DNA of 55,367 bases, the filler included, from Jimgerdemannia flammicorona (Eukaryota): assembly GCA_003990765.1 (NCBI GenBank). It is 2 parts of 2 records of this genome, joined end to end, with 100 filler letters (N's around TTAATTAATTAA, not from the genome) between each part and the next. Parts side by side here need not be neighbours in the genome. Positions count along the whole stretch, not along the records: positions 1 to 27,637 come from RBNJ01000616.1; 1 more part is not named here. One strand, 5' to 3'. Both the position numbers and the translations under genes were made by a program. How positions within the stretch are numbered: position 1 is the first letter of the stretch; the number at the start of each line of letters is the position of its first letter. This document shows positions 1-13,091 of the stretch, in pieces. Below the pieces are notes generated by a model. It ran no database searches, was not told the DNA's origin, and saw nothing but the letters and a program-made list of their open reading frames with translations.

Positions 1-1
1 A

Positions 2-27
<26 letters not shown>
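1..27 (+). repeat. Poly(A) tract, probably the tail of a LINE upstream of the window
   Basis: A-run of 27 at the window start; LINE copy 1 in this window also ends in a long poly(A). Confidence 0.45.
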
Positions 28-33
<6 letters not shown>

Positions 34-609
34 CAAATGGGACACAATTTTTCAAAAAAAGGTACTAATCCTGATAGGCCATAGGGCACCTTTTGAAATT
101 AGTCTATTCTTTGCTGAATTGACAGACAGATCATTAAAGCTTTTCCTGCAAAGTTATGGTCTTTCTCGTCAGACCCTAGTTGTGCATTGTTTGAGTATAT
201 ACACAAAACGTTGTCACCACATATGAAGTGGCAGACAATCATATGTCATTCTCAATGATTACTTGTTGGTGATGGAGGCAATCATTGTTTAAGATAGATC
301 TAGCAGCTACATTCACCTCTGCAACAACCATATCATCTCTATGTCTGGCATCACCTAGGATCAGATTTTCTGACCAATCTGAATGAGATGTTGGGGAAAC
401 CTACTAATAGTCATTGCATTATAAAACATTGAATTGAAGTTTCCCCCTTACTTAATATTGGCATGAAACACTTCAATTACCTACTATACCTCAATTGTCA
501 GCTGATTAAGAGGTCAATCTATATCTCATATCTGAAAACAATATGAGGAAATTCATATAGCATATATTTGTATATAGGGTCTATAAACAAGACATCTTGG
601 CCATCCATC

Positions 610-996
610 AATGAGATCTCTCCACTAATTGTCAATGTGATCCCTCTACCATTTCTTCTTAAGTGATATAACTACCTACTATCTGAAGAATAGCTATTTT
701 TTTTCTCTCTAAGTAATGTAACTATTTACTATTAGAGTTTATCTAGAGAACAACCATATTGGAAATCTTTATAAAAGTATAAATTTCAGTTTAAAAAGCT
801 ATAGTGATTATAGTTAAGTAAAAGAGATATGCTAAACTATATATATATTTAAAATATATAAAAGTATATATATTGAAAGGAATTATTTAATTTCATTATT
901 GGATATAATGTTATAAATGATTTAAGTTATTCAAAGTTCTTAGAAAAATTAAAATAAATAGCTAATTATAGAGAATAAATATATAATAATTTAAAA
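610..996 (+). repeat. AT-rich dispersed repeat, inverted copy at ~26575-26990
   Basis: atttcttcttaagtgatataactacctactatctgaagaa (~651-690) is the reverse complement, apart from transitions, of ttctttagatagtagatagttatattacttaagaagaaat (~26886-26925); similarity runs ~390 bp. Confidence 0.85.
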
Positions 997-1103
997 TAGT
1001 TTATATATATAATATTTATCATATTTAACCATATTAAAATATAATAATATATATTCTTATATATTTATATATATTTATAATTAATTATATATATTTGATA
1101 TAT

Positions 1104-2656
1104 TGTAACAGTGACTCCAGAATGATGACATCAGCACAGGAGACAGTCTTTCCTTATAAGCTACCAGATCAGAGCATAAGAGGATTATATAGTATATGAG
1201 ATGAGTAATGATGACCAACTGTGAGTCATTGTGACCATAGTATAGTATCTTGAGAAATATAAAAAAAGAATCAAGGAACTACAGTAGCAGCAACCAACAA
1301 GACCCATCAATTCCAAAATAGCTCAAAGACTTACTACAAACAAAATGCCTGCTACTCATCAAACTTCAAGGTCAAGGAACCACCAAGACATCTCAGTTGA
1401 AGAAAGAATATTCCAAGACATCAGAAGAGCCATGAAGACCTACTCAAGAAGGACTCTTAGTGTCAATCTGGGTACTGGTGACTCTTATCACTATATTCTC
1501 TACTGCTGTAAAATGGAAACCAGGATCACCATTACTACTAAATACCTCCAAATGTGGCAGGAATATAAAATAGAAAACCTCCTCTGCTGGAAGTTCTCAT
1601 AGGCCAGTACTCAAGAGCTACAAGATGCCACTCCCATGGATATATATGAAATGAGAACAGCTAAGAAGATTCATCAGATCTTCAGGCATACACTATGGTC
1701 GATCTCCAACTTAGAGTATGTTAGAGTCTCAGATTTCAGAGATCTGTCATCCTGCCATATCAATGTACTAGAAGTCAGAGTGGCTACAGAAGCCCAGTCC
1801 ACTATCACCCTCAATATTGATGAAGTAGAAGACTTCTGGCATCCCATTCTTTAGGATAACCCAGACCAATTCCTGCAAGGATTGATCTCAGTATTCCAAG
1901 GCCTAAGCATCCAGGTTAGACCTCTCCAAAATCCCACATTTGTCCCTTATTTTGTAGAAGAGAACCTTATAGATTGGAGAGCCCCTGATTTCCCTACTGC
2001 CAAACATAATGATATCATCCCGTGCAACTTCAAAGCATGCAAAATACACAACATATGCAAGATGCATAACCTATGTAATGACAACAACAACAATGATGAA
2101 TTTACAGACCTCATCTCCTTCGAAGATATCCTAACCTCTGATGATGAGGATGAAGCCTTCATAGTCCTGATCATTCTGCTCTAAGTTTCTTGTTATACTG
2201 AATAATATCAGCACCAGCATTCTGAGGTAATACTGAATAATGCCAGCACTGGCATTCTGAGGTAACACTGAATAATACCAGCACTCTGAACCTATACAAC
2301 TATCAGTGCTAACCCTGGAACTTAGCAGTTTTTCCTATTCTGGTATTTTATTTTAGTTATTGGAATTTATATTTAGCTTTATATCTTAGCAACTATTGAA
2401 TTATATTTTGTATAAATACTCCTCTTATTTTCTCTGAAATAAAGTCAATTCAGTTCTTCTCAGTGCAATATACACACTTTCTTACAAGCAATCTAAGAGA
2501 TAATAAGACAGTTTAAAGATAAGAAGTTTGAGGACTATAAGACCTTGAGAAGGTACTCCAATAAGAACTTGCTTATAATAAACTTAAGTTAGTCTAAGAG
2601 ATACACCTTGAAGAGAATCTGGCATATTTGAAGGACTCAGTGACCACTATGTGATA
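1104..2656 (+). mobile_element. Long solo-LTR-like element (~1.55 kb) with internal ORF
   Basis: Starts TGTAACA, ends TGTGATA (TGTGACA with C>T); ATAT on both flanks (weak TSD in AT-rich DNA); GTATAAATACTC at ~2410 then AATAAA at ~2438; higher GC than flanks. Confidence 0.65.
1345..2184 (+). pseudogene. LTR-borne accessory ORF of unknown function (~279 codons, 2 internal TAG)
   Basis: ORFs 1345-1602, 1636-1854 and 1882-2184 share one frame, separated by single TAG codons; ATG in A-rich context (acaaacaaaATG) with TATAAA ~85 nt upstream; acidic C-terminus. Confidence 0.75.
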
Positions 2657-2866
2657 ATATATAAATTTTAGAAAATTATAATATTAATATAAATATTAAT
2701 TTAACTTACTCAATTATTTTAATATAAATGAAGTATAAGATAGAATAAGAATATTGTTATTCTTAATATCCTCAAATTGATATAGCTAAAATATAGATTT
2801 CAGCTATTTAAGTCTATATTTCAGAGTTTCTAATATAATTTATTCAATATTATTTAACTTCTCTAT

Positions 2867-3306
2867 TATAATAAAACTATATACTGATAGAATTAATATA
2901 TTATAAATAATCAAACTATAAGTTCTGAGTTTTTGTAAAGAAGCACTGAGTTCTAATTATCTATTATAGTAGAGTTCAGATATTACTTTTAGGTTCTTAT
3001 ATTAATAGAAGTGCTATACTTATATCTTAAATTAATTAGACTCAGAATCATTAATATGTCATATTTAAGAATTTTGTAATAAGAATATTACTTTATTCTT
3101 ATATTTAAAGAAAATAGAGCTGAGGTTACAACATACTCAGTACAGAATATATTTATATATATTTGAGACTATATAAATATAGTATACTGGGTATATCTAT
3201 ATATATTTATACTATTTTGAGTAACTATGACTACTAGTCAGAAATTCTATAGAAATTTTCATTAGAATTTTCAGTAGCTTATAGATATATATAATAATTC
3301 ATTATA
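2867..3306 (-). repeat. Gypsy-A 3' LTR
   Basis: Aligns with 24166-24517 over ~340 bp (aagttctgagt...ctttattcttatattt...tatatttgagactata); right end inferred from the adjacent PPT. Confidence 0.75.
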
Positions 3307-3360
3307 TTTTTCTCTTTCTTATCTAAGCCTACTTATTAGACTTAGTACTAAACTCTAGAT

Positions 3361-3703
3361 TAGTACTCTAAAATGAATCAAATCAATTTGAATTAAATCA
3401 AATTGAGAGTCATTTGAATCAAATTGAATTGGAGATTTTTCAATTTGAATAAAGTTTAAATTAAATTAAATTCAAATTAAATTGAGAGTCTAATTCAAAC
3501 CTTATTTTTTAAAATATAATAACTTGATAAAAATATATCCAAATTTAATGATCTTTAGCTTGTTAGATTCCTCTTATATAGAGGAATCTAACAAGCTAAA
3601 GAATATTAAATTTGAATGTGTTTTTGTCAAGTTATTATATTTCAAAAAATAGGATTCAAATTAAATTGAATTGGACCTTTGATTTGATTTATTGAGAGCA
3701 CTA
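3361..3703. mobile_element. hAT-family foldback MITE (343 bp)
   Basis: Ends TAGTACTCT...AGAGCACTA; 8-bp TSD CTCTAGAT (3353-3360)/CTCTAAAT (3704-3711); central hairpin tctttagcttgttagattcctct-tatat-agaggaatctaacaagctaaaga; same terminus as the hAT at 30026-36540. Confidence 0.9.
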
Positions 3704-5373
3704 CTCTAAATACTTATCAAACTGAAGAGCAGTATACTAAACTACTTAAAAGACAATATTACTCTATTATTCATCATTTAGATTAATAATGTTCTCAGAG
3801 AATACTCTACAGAGATAGTCAAGGACTTAGGATCAGATACAGAAAAGGACATAGAGTCTTTTGGCAATAATATAGATATAGTTATTAATAAAAAGATAAG
3901 CTCATTGTTTGGCAGTACTAAGAGTAGCTTATTGATAGATGAGGTGTCTTATCTCATAGTACTTCTTTAATTCTTACTAATAGTAAAAAGTCTAAAAATA
4001 TTGAATTCTTCTAAGATATTATTTGACTTTATTTAAATCTAAGTCTTTAGAGATTCATATGTTGACAGAAAGTAGTTCAGTAGAATTATATTGATATTCA
4101 ATAGCCATAAGAACAGTGGTAGCAATCTTGTTTTTAGTTTATTCTTAGTATTATTATTAGGTACTTATATTGAAATAAGTTATCTATATGAGATTATTCA
4201 GAATATTTATACTTCTCTTCATTAGAGTATTTAGATATATAACTATCTTTTGGAAATTCTATCAGAATTTCTATTATACTAGATATCTATATTGAGTTAC
4301 TATTTCTTCTATATTTGGTAAAAGATTATCTTCTTTTTCTCAAGTAGTATCATATTTGAGATATCTTTTTCATTTTATAAGATAGTACTGAGTAGGCTTA
4401 GTAGTTTGTCCAAATTAGTAATTCTTATAATCTAAAATATTGTCTTTTTTATATTTTAATTACTGATCAATAAATACTAGATCTAAAGATAGTATGGTTT
4501 TTTCTTTAAAGATATTTAAAGTATATATATAGCTAAAGTTAAGATATATATATAAAACACTGAGTGTATTTTCTCTAATTTGTTAAAAGATCCAACTTAT
4601 ATATAACAGGTCTACATTTTTCAAAAATCTTGAATAGTTCAATATAGTAAAGTCTAAGCTTCTTTTTAAGATCTATATTATCTAGAGTCAGATATTAGAA
4701 GCAGAGTAATACTTGTTTTCTTTTTTTGTAGATAGCTTCTCTTTTATTTTTATCATTATATACTACTTATATTCTTTATATCTCTATGAGAACATTTTAT
4801 ACTTGCTGAATATTATTTTATATAGTATCAGTAATATCTTATATATATAGCTAATACTATAGTTAAGATAGTAACTATAAAAGTTTGTAAATATTATTCA
4901 TAGTTCAAGTAAAATAGTATCATATTAGTTCTTATACTTATACTGTTATTATATGCAAATTTGGCTAGGTTTAGCTTTTGTCTTAATTATTTTATTTATA
5001 GTTATAATAGATACTAAATATCTGCTTTAAGATTTGATTAGTTCTTTCTATTTGACCATCTGTTTATAAGTAGTATACTATAGATATTTTCAGTTGTACT
5101 TCTAGACTCTTGAAGAGTACTTGCCAAAAGTTGCTTATAAATTTTGTATCTCAGTCTGAGATAATTACTAATGATAATCTATAAAGATGAAATATATTAT
5201 TAATAAACAGCTATACTATTTCTAATATTATTATAGGAGTAGTTGTTATAATGAAGTAGGTCTACTTGCTGAGATAATTAATAAAAACAATGATCACATC
5301 TCTTCTCTTCTTGGTTTTTAGCAACTGAACAATAAAATCCATTCTGATATAATTGGTAAAAATTGGTAGTGAC

Positions 5374-5837
5374 TATAATGGTTCTAGTTTCTTTAAGAGA
5401 AAGTGGCTAAATATGGAAGTTCTAGTTGATCTAAAGTAGCTTGAAGAGATACTTAAAGGTTTAAGTATTCTTGAAGGATTTCTGGGAGAAAATATTCTGA
5501 GCTTTATTCAAATAGAGAATAAGGATATTTATATATAATCTGAAAGAAAGATCCAGAAGGATCTTGAAAAGAAAGAGAAATACCAAGAAATAGGTTCTCA
5601 GCAAAGCTGACTAATACTATTCAATAATGTTCCAAAAGGTTTCATGACTAGCTAAGACAAGATACTTAGTGCCAAGAAAAGACAAGAATGTTCTAATAGT
5701 GTCTGAGCACTGAGAGAAGATTTCTAAGCAAGTTGAAGGTGATGGAACATAGTAGAATGTTCAAGAAATAATAAAAAAAGACTAACTAAAAGATGTGAAA
5801 ATATACTAAGACAAAATATAACTGTGAAATTGTTACA
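5374..5837 (-). repeat. Gypsy-B 3' LTR (464 bp)
   Basis: Direct repeat of 13092-13556; differences mostly transitions; ends TGTTACA. Confidence 0.95.
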
Positions 5838-8422
5838 TTCCTCTCTCTTTAAGAACCAATGTCTGTTGAGTTTTTAGATAACACAAGACTAGATATACTT
5901 AACCAAAATTTTTCAAACTTGTATCAGCACATTGATAGGGATTGGCTATCCTTATATAGAGCAGAGGGCCTATTACCAGACTAACTGACTGGGAGGGGTT
6001 TGAACCCAGCTAATAGCTTCATTTTGGTAGACTTCTTGTTCATTAAATGTTCTGCTGGTTTCAGGGTCCTAAAGTAAACTTCTAATATATAAGGCACTGG
6101 TTATTGTCATAGGTTATTGACAATCCAAGAAAGTTACTACAGAGATTGAGTAATGTATTTTATCTCAAAGTCTTGAACTAGATCTTGAGAGTTCTTGAGG
6201 TTGATCAGTAGTTCCCAGATAGTATCATATTCAGAATAACCCATCCACTTAACTAGGTATTCAGGATGGCAGTAGCAGATTTATTTGTTAAGAATTTTCT
6301 CAGCTTTATACTCAATATGGTCTTCAATAATTACAGAGGCAGAAGGCTTAGAAATTCAACCAGGATAGGGTAGTGACTGGTTCCAGGTCTTAAGATGTGA
6401 CATATGAAAGACTGGGTATACTCTCATGGTTTCAGGTAGCTTGAGGTAGTAGGAGAATGCAGAGACTTGTTCAGTGATCTCAAACAGTCCAATATACTTA
6501 AGTTGAAACTTGTTTAAAGGGCAGTTGACTTGAGATTATATCTTGAGGTTCTTGGTAGACAGTAGGACTTGATCTCTAATAGTATAAGTGACATCATAGT
6601 GTTTCTTGTCAGTATACTTAGCTTGATGCTATTGAGCCTTCTGAAGATTTATAGTAGCAATCTTAAGTAGTTCATCCATTTTGTCTGTAAGGTTCTTAGC
6701 AGTTGAGACTTGTATTTAACTGGTTTTCTTAAAAGGGAATAGACTTGCAGAGGTCTTGAGATCTTGACTATAGATTAACTGAAAAGGGAAAAGACCAGTA
6801 GATAATTAGACAGCATTATTGTATGCAAACTCTGCATAAGTCAGATAGATATCCTAATTATCTTACTTATAAGAAACATAGTTTCTAAGTATTTGTTCTA
6901 AAGTTCTGTTCATGCACTCAGTTTGTCCATCAGTTTGTGAGTAAAAGATAGTAGATATAGCCAATTGAGTTCCCAGAGTCTTGAAGAGAGTTTGCCAGAA
7001 GTGACTAGTGAACTTGGGGTCACAATCACTAATGATTACTCATGGTAGATCATAGTGACAGAAGATGGACTTAAAGAAGATTCTTGCAATCTTAGGTATA
7101 GTAGCATTGGTAGTGATTAGTTCAGCAACTATAGTCTTGGTCAGGTGATCAACAAATATGATGATAGCATCAGCACCAGATTGAGTTCATAATAGTTGAG
7201 TTACAAAGTCCATGGTAACTTGCTTGAACTTCTTAATAGGAATTGGCAGTAGTTGTAGTAAACTGGTAGATGCTTGGTTAGTAGACTTGTTGTGTTGACA
7301 TAGATCATAGCTGGTAATATAGTTCTTGATTTTCTTGATCATGTTTGGCCAATAGTAGTGGTGTTGTATGTTCTTGATAGTCTTTTCAATTCCCAGGTGA
7401 TCAGCGAGAGGAGAGTCATGGTGTTCTTGCAAAACCTTATAGTGTAGGTTCATGTTTTCAGATAGGTAAACTTGGTCTTGATGATAGATCAGATTGTTCT
7501 TGATAATATATATATCCTTGAGCTCATTCAAGAAAACTCTAGTAGCAACTGTGTCTTCTTTATAAGCTTGTCTGATTTGGTCTAGAAATTCTGATGCCAA
7601 GATAACTTGCATGATTGTGGTGAGGTCTGAGCATCTTTGATAAGGTATCTGATACTACAAGTATCTTGCCAGACTTGTAGATGATCATTGGATTGAAGGT
7701 TTGAAGCTCAAGGCTCCACTTGGCTTATAGACATAACAGAGTAGGTTGGGTGTTGATATATTTGAGGGATTGATGATCAGTAATGATATCAAACTCAATA
7801 TCTTCTAGATAGCATTACCAGTGGTCTAGTGCATATATTATTACTAGTAGTTCCTTCTCATAAGTAGCTAGCTTTGGTTCAGCTGGGGCCAGCTTACAGA
7901 ACTCAAAAGCAATAAGGCAATGTCTTTTACCATCATCTTATAACAGGACTACTCCAATGGTAAAATTTGATACATTAGTAGTGACTATGAATTTTAGGCC
8001 TTGATCTGCATTATGCAGGACTGGAGCATAGGTTAGGCAGTTCTTGAGTTCTTGAAAGGCTTATTGACAGAAGAGGTCCCAGGTGTAGGGTATATAGTGA
8101 TCTGAGTGTGGGGCCTTCTTCATGAGATTAGTCAGTGGCTCAGCAATATCAGAGAAGTTTCTGACAAAGTGGCAGTAATAGCCAGCTAGACCAAGGAAGG
8201 ATCAGAGTTCTGTGAGGTTTGATGGAATGGGTCATTCTTTGATTGCTTCTATCTTATATGGGTCTACTTGAATTTCTTGTGCAGAGACAATATGGCCAAG
8301 GTATTCGACTTATTCTTTGAAGAATTTACACTTCTTGAGCTTAGTGTAAAGCTTGTATTTTCACAGAATCTCCAGGACTATTCAAATGTGTTTGAGGTGT
8401 TCTTCTTTAGTTACACTAAAGA

Positions 8423-10486
8423 TGTAAGAGGGTTGCTTTTTAGGGTAACCATTACATAGTTCTGAAAGGGTTTTCTGGAAGTTCTGGATATTCTGAAAGA
8501 TCATTTTCTTATGGTCAAGATCAATTTCATATAGAGTATATCCTCTACACTTATTGATTTTAAGATCAGGTTGATGTCTCAACCAAAGTCCTTTTTCGGA
8601 CTAGTTCTGGATGTTCAGGATTTTTCGTATTTCAGGAAGTTTAAGAAACTAAGACCAGCTTAGTTGAATTGGCATATCGCTGTAGACAATACCCAATTAG
8701 GAAATTTCGTGATGGGGTTAGGAGTGGGACCTAATAGGGAGCAGATTTACTTAAGAGTGATTTGTGGGTTATTAAATAGGTTTATTCGCTATTCATGATA
8801 TTACTATACTAGGAGTAGTTGTGTAAAGAAATATTGTGGGAAAGTGTTCAGGAGTTGTGTTCAGATTATTCAAGTCTGAGATTCTGAGGTCTGGGGGAGA
8901 GAGTATTTATACTAGTGAGGGGCTATCTGAACTATGCTAAATATGGATGTAGCACTAAGTGCCTTGCTGAGTAAGAATACAGTCATGTAGTACAAGTGTG
9001 ATCTGACATATCAAGAGATCGTCTGACTGCTGAGTCAGTTCACAGTCATATCATACAAGGCTAATCTAACTATGCTATGACTGCTAAGCTATTTATAGGT
9101 TTAGACACTATCTGGGTAGTCTTTGATAATATCACCATCAATGATATCATCTCTGATAAAGTAGTCATCTAGGAAGAGTGGTTCACGGATTACTTCTCCT
9201 TGTTGGCTGAGATAGTAATACATTGGAACTTCATCTCCATCCCACAAGATGGCATCATCAGTCTCATATACTGGGTAAGGTGTTGGCGAGTGAAGGAGGG
9301 GTGCATCATCTTTGCTTTCATTGAATTCACTGTCTGCATACCTTCTGTAGATTATAGCACTATGAGTCACAGGGTTGTAGTAAGTTGGTGGCTGTGGTTT
9401 ATGTTGTTTGTACTCAGGTAGTGGAGTTATTGGTTCGATCTCGAGGGTTGTCTGAAGGTACAGGTTGTGTTCTCCAGTCTCTTCATTATAGTTAAAGTAA
9501 TTGGAGGTAAATGTGGATTGGTATTCATGCTAGTAGTCATTGTCCCAATAAGTCTCATAGGTAGTTATGAACTGTTGTATATTCATAGGCAAGGTTGGCA
9601 GTGTGATCAGTGTTGACAGGGATCCTTGGCTTGAGGTCATATCAGTGTCAGAGGAATCATTGTTTTCTGCTTCATCTTCATTGAACTGGATTATATCATA
9701 GATATTCTTCATGACATATCTGACTTGAGGCATTTACAGGATGTGGTCATCAGAGTGCAGGAAGGTTCTGTCTATAGTCTGGACATACTTGAGGTACTTG
9801 TAGTTGAGTTCTTGTATCATGTCATCGATTTGGCCATAAGACAGAGTAGCAACCATTTCACTGGTAGTAACTCGGAGGTGGAGAATGAAGGTGCTATACT
9901 CATAGAAGAGTTCTTGATGTTTACAGGTGATGAGCTTCTGATATTAAGATATCTGGGTAATGTCTGTGTCATAGTAGTATTTGACCATGTCTTCTAGGAG
10001 GCAGCCAATCTGATAGTAGCTTAAGATTTGTCCAATTCAGTGGGCCTCATTAAGCATGTTCAGAGCATTCCATCAGGCTTCCACAAAGTAGAGGGGTGCT
10101 AGGCTATGGATATTCATGAGGGACAGAGGGGGTGTAGCTCGGTTAACAATGGCATTCCAAATGTCAGCACAGATGTGGTTGTAGATCTTGGTGGTCATAT
10201 TTGTATGTTTGGAAGTTGTAGTTGTTGTTTGTTTTGGTTCTCTGTTTTGACATGTCTTAGTGCTCAGTATATATATATTTGGTCCTAATTGGTAAGATTC
10301 TGTTTGTGTGAATCTTGTATTCTGTGACTTCATGTTAACTCAGCTTTGTTCACTGTGACTTTAGTTTGACTCAGCTTCGTGATTATACAGGTGATTTCCA
10401 GATTTGTTCAGAGATTGCATGTGATTTCTGTGGCTTGTTCAGAGAGTGATGTGTGATTTCTGTGACTTGGAGGTTGTACACTTACA
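8423..10486 (-). mobile_element. 2064-bp solo LTR with internal ORF, inserted beside the RT YLDD motif of Gypsy-B
   Basis: Ends TGTAAG...CTTACA; perfect 5-bp TSD AAAGA (8418-8422, 10487-10491); removal restores YLDDILIFSVTKEEHLKH; minus-strand GTATAAATACTC (~8901-8912) then AATAAA (~8781-8786). Confidence 0.92.
9101..10198 (-). pseudogene. LTR-borne accessory ORF of unknown function (~366 codons, several stops, no frameshift)
   Basis: ORFs 10073-10333, 9530-9733 and 9101-9370 share one frame; likely start ATG 10198 (acaaatATG) with a TATA-like run ~70 nt upstream; acidic C-terminal half. Confidence 0.8.
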
Positions 10487-11612
10487 AAAGATCAGGATGT
10501 CATCAAGATATACCAACAGGAAAATGAATAGTTGGTCCTTGAATATCTTGTTTATCAGGATCTAGAATGTGGTTGGTACATTGGTGAGACCAAATACTAA
10601 GACCAGAAATTCATAGAGTCCAAAGGGGGGTCATGAACACAGTCTTGGGAATGTCTTCTGGCTTGATTCAAATCTGATGGTATCCTGATATAAGGTCTAA
10701 CTTAGTGAAGTACTTGGCATTCTTGAGAGTATCAAAGATTTGATCAATCAAGGGTAGTGGATAGCAGTTCTTAACAGTGAGTTTATTGAATACATAATAG
10801 TCTATACATATTTGTAGAGTACTATCCTTCTTCTTGACAAATAAGACTGGTGAGCCATAAGGAGATTTTCTTGGCTAGATGGCTTCTCATGCAAGTAGTT
10901 CTTCTAGTTCCTTCTTGACTACTTCAATTTTGAGTAGTGATATGTAGTACATGTGTTTCTTGGGTAGTACAGCTCCTAGGGTCAGTTTGATTTCATGATT
11001 AACTTCTCATATAGGTGGTAGATCAGGTAGTTTGTCTGGAAAGATATCCTTGAATTTTTCTAGCAGTAACTTGATGCTTTCATTGACTGATAGTCTCTTG
11101 TCTTATTTCTTGAGGTGGATCATTACAATAAAGACATGCATTATCTTCTTGAGTGCTTTTTTATACTGTATAGCTGACAGTGTTGCAATCTGAGTCTTGC
11201 TTGTAGTCTTGTCTGTCTTGATTGTAATATTGGCTCCATCTTGAAGTAGGGTGACTTCATTCTTGCACCAATCAATGTCTGTGTTGTATTTCATAAGCCA
11301 GAGTTTTCCTAAGATCAAGTCATGATCTCCTAGTGATGCAATCTCAAAGTCTACTCATTCTCAATATTTCTAGATCTTAATGGACAGTTTGGTAGCAATT
11401 GACTTGATGGGGTATAGAGTACTATCTGCAGTGACTATACTATTGTTCTTGGGTGCAGGCTTGGTGAGGATCTTGAGGCTTTTAATGAGATTCTGATTAA
11501 TGAAGTTCCCTGCAGCTCTATTGTCTATGAGTATTTGAACTTCTCTTTCTTTGACTAGGCCTTTAAAAATGAGCATAGCTTGAGCTTGATTTTCACTAAG
11601 ACTTATTACTTG

Positions 11613-11990
11613 ATCAGTGCTATTAAAACCCTTTTGATCTCATTTGGTTTCATGAAGTTCTTAGACTTCTGTAATCTTGAGTTGACTGGCTTTTTCTAGA
11701 ATCATTTGCATGACTCAGTCTCCTTCTTTAACTGTGTAGTCTTGATCCTTCTGGTTGACAAGCAAGACTTGAACTTGTCCTCAAAAGTCTGAATCAATGA
11801 CACTAGTACCTATATCCAAATGATGTTTGATACTGAGTTCTGATTATAGTGCAATTCTAGTATAATGTCCTTCAGGGCATTGAACTGCAATTCTAGTAGA
11901 CACCAGAGTGTGGTCCTTGGCTGGAATAGTGACTTGTTTGACTGAGTATAGGTCAAGACCAATGGCTCCTTCTATTTGATATTGAGAGAC
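11613..11990 (-). pseudogene. dUTPase domain of Gypsy-B
   Basis: Reads GAIGLDLYS...CPEGHYTRIAL*SELS...VIDSDF*GQVQVLLVN...EGD*VMQMIL...TK*GSKGF: all five trimeric dUTPase motifs, with conserved Arg codons converted to stops. Confidence 0.9.
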
Positions 11991-13091
11991 CTAGGCCTTC
12001 AGATGAAGCTTCTTGATCTTGAGCTCAAGTTGACTGGTGGTGGGATTGATAGGTGTGTCCTTGGACAACACAGTGACTAGTCTTGAGGGTTTGCTAGTCT
12101 TCCTAGGACATTTGGTTGCAATGTGTCCTGTTTGGCAACAGAAGAAATAGGCTCCAGATTTCTTCAGATAGTTCTTTTCTTCAGGGGTGAGCTTGGTGTT
12201 CTTTTTGTTCATAGTGTCTAAGTCCATTGATGCTGGGCCAACTGTTCTTGGTTGGTTTCTGTGGTGGTTCTCAAAGTGGTTCTTCTTGTAGTGTTCTGGC
12301 TTGAAGTGGTTGCCAAAGGTGATAATATCAAATCTATCAGTAATTTTTATAGCTTCATCAAGAGTTTTAGACTCTTCTAGCTTGACCTTGACTTGTGTGT
12401 TTCTCTTCAGACCTCAGACATAGCAATCTATCTTTTCATCCTTAGATACTGCTGGTAGCTCAAGTAGGATTGACAAGAATTGTGTATTATAGCTTTGTAC
12501 AAACTTGAGTTGCTTGACATTTACTAGCTTGTCTCTGGCTAGCTTGGTAGCATTAGTAGGCTTGAACTACTTGTAAAGGGCTCTCTTGAAAGCTTTCCAA
12601 TCTCTGATTTATATATATGAGTATATATATATAACTATGATATAATTATATCACCAGATAGCTGTATTTCCTTAAAGAAGTGTGGTGGCAAATTGGACTT
12701 GCATGTTGTCTTCCATTCTTGTAAGCTCAAAGTATTGATCTAACTGGAAGGTCCATGTATCTGTAGATAGTCCTCCTTGATAGCTGTCAAAGGTATTTAG
12801 CTTGAGTGGCTTGAAACTGACTAGTGCTATAGCAGGATGTGATGTATCTGCAGTTTATGTTTTCTGCTGTTCTAGTTATACTTGCAGTTCTTGAATTTGG
12901 TAGGCCATAGTATTGATCATATCTTCTATGTTGAGCTGTGATCCTCCTACTTCTTCTGTGACAGAGAGGTCTGACTGATAGACTGACTCTTTGTAGCTTA
13001 TTTCAGATTTGTATGACTAGTTGTGACTGGTTTCTGAATTCATATGAGGTTTCTTAATAAAGTAAGATATAATGATACCACTGCTACTAAG

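Larger units (their letters stand above)
6165..13070 (-). pseudogene. Gypsy-B gag-dUTPase-PR-RT-RH-IN-chromodomain polyprotein, multiple stops
   Basis: Zinc knuckle YFFCCQTGHIATKC (~12110-12155); protease ILIDNRAAGNFI; ILGKLWL; RT YLDDILIF (10487-10510); integrase HHDSPLADHLG..YYWPNM, VTMDFVTQL; chromodomain EYLVKWMGYSEYDTIWE (~6215-6265). Confidence 0.93.
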
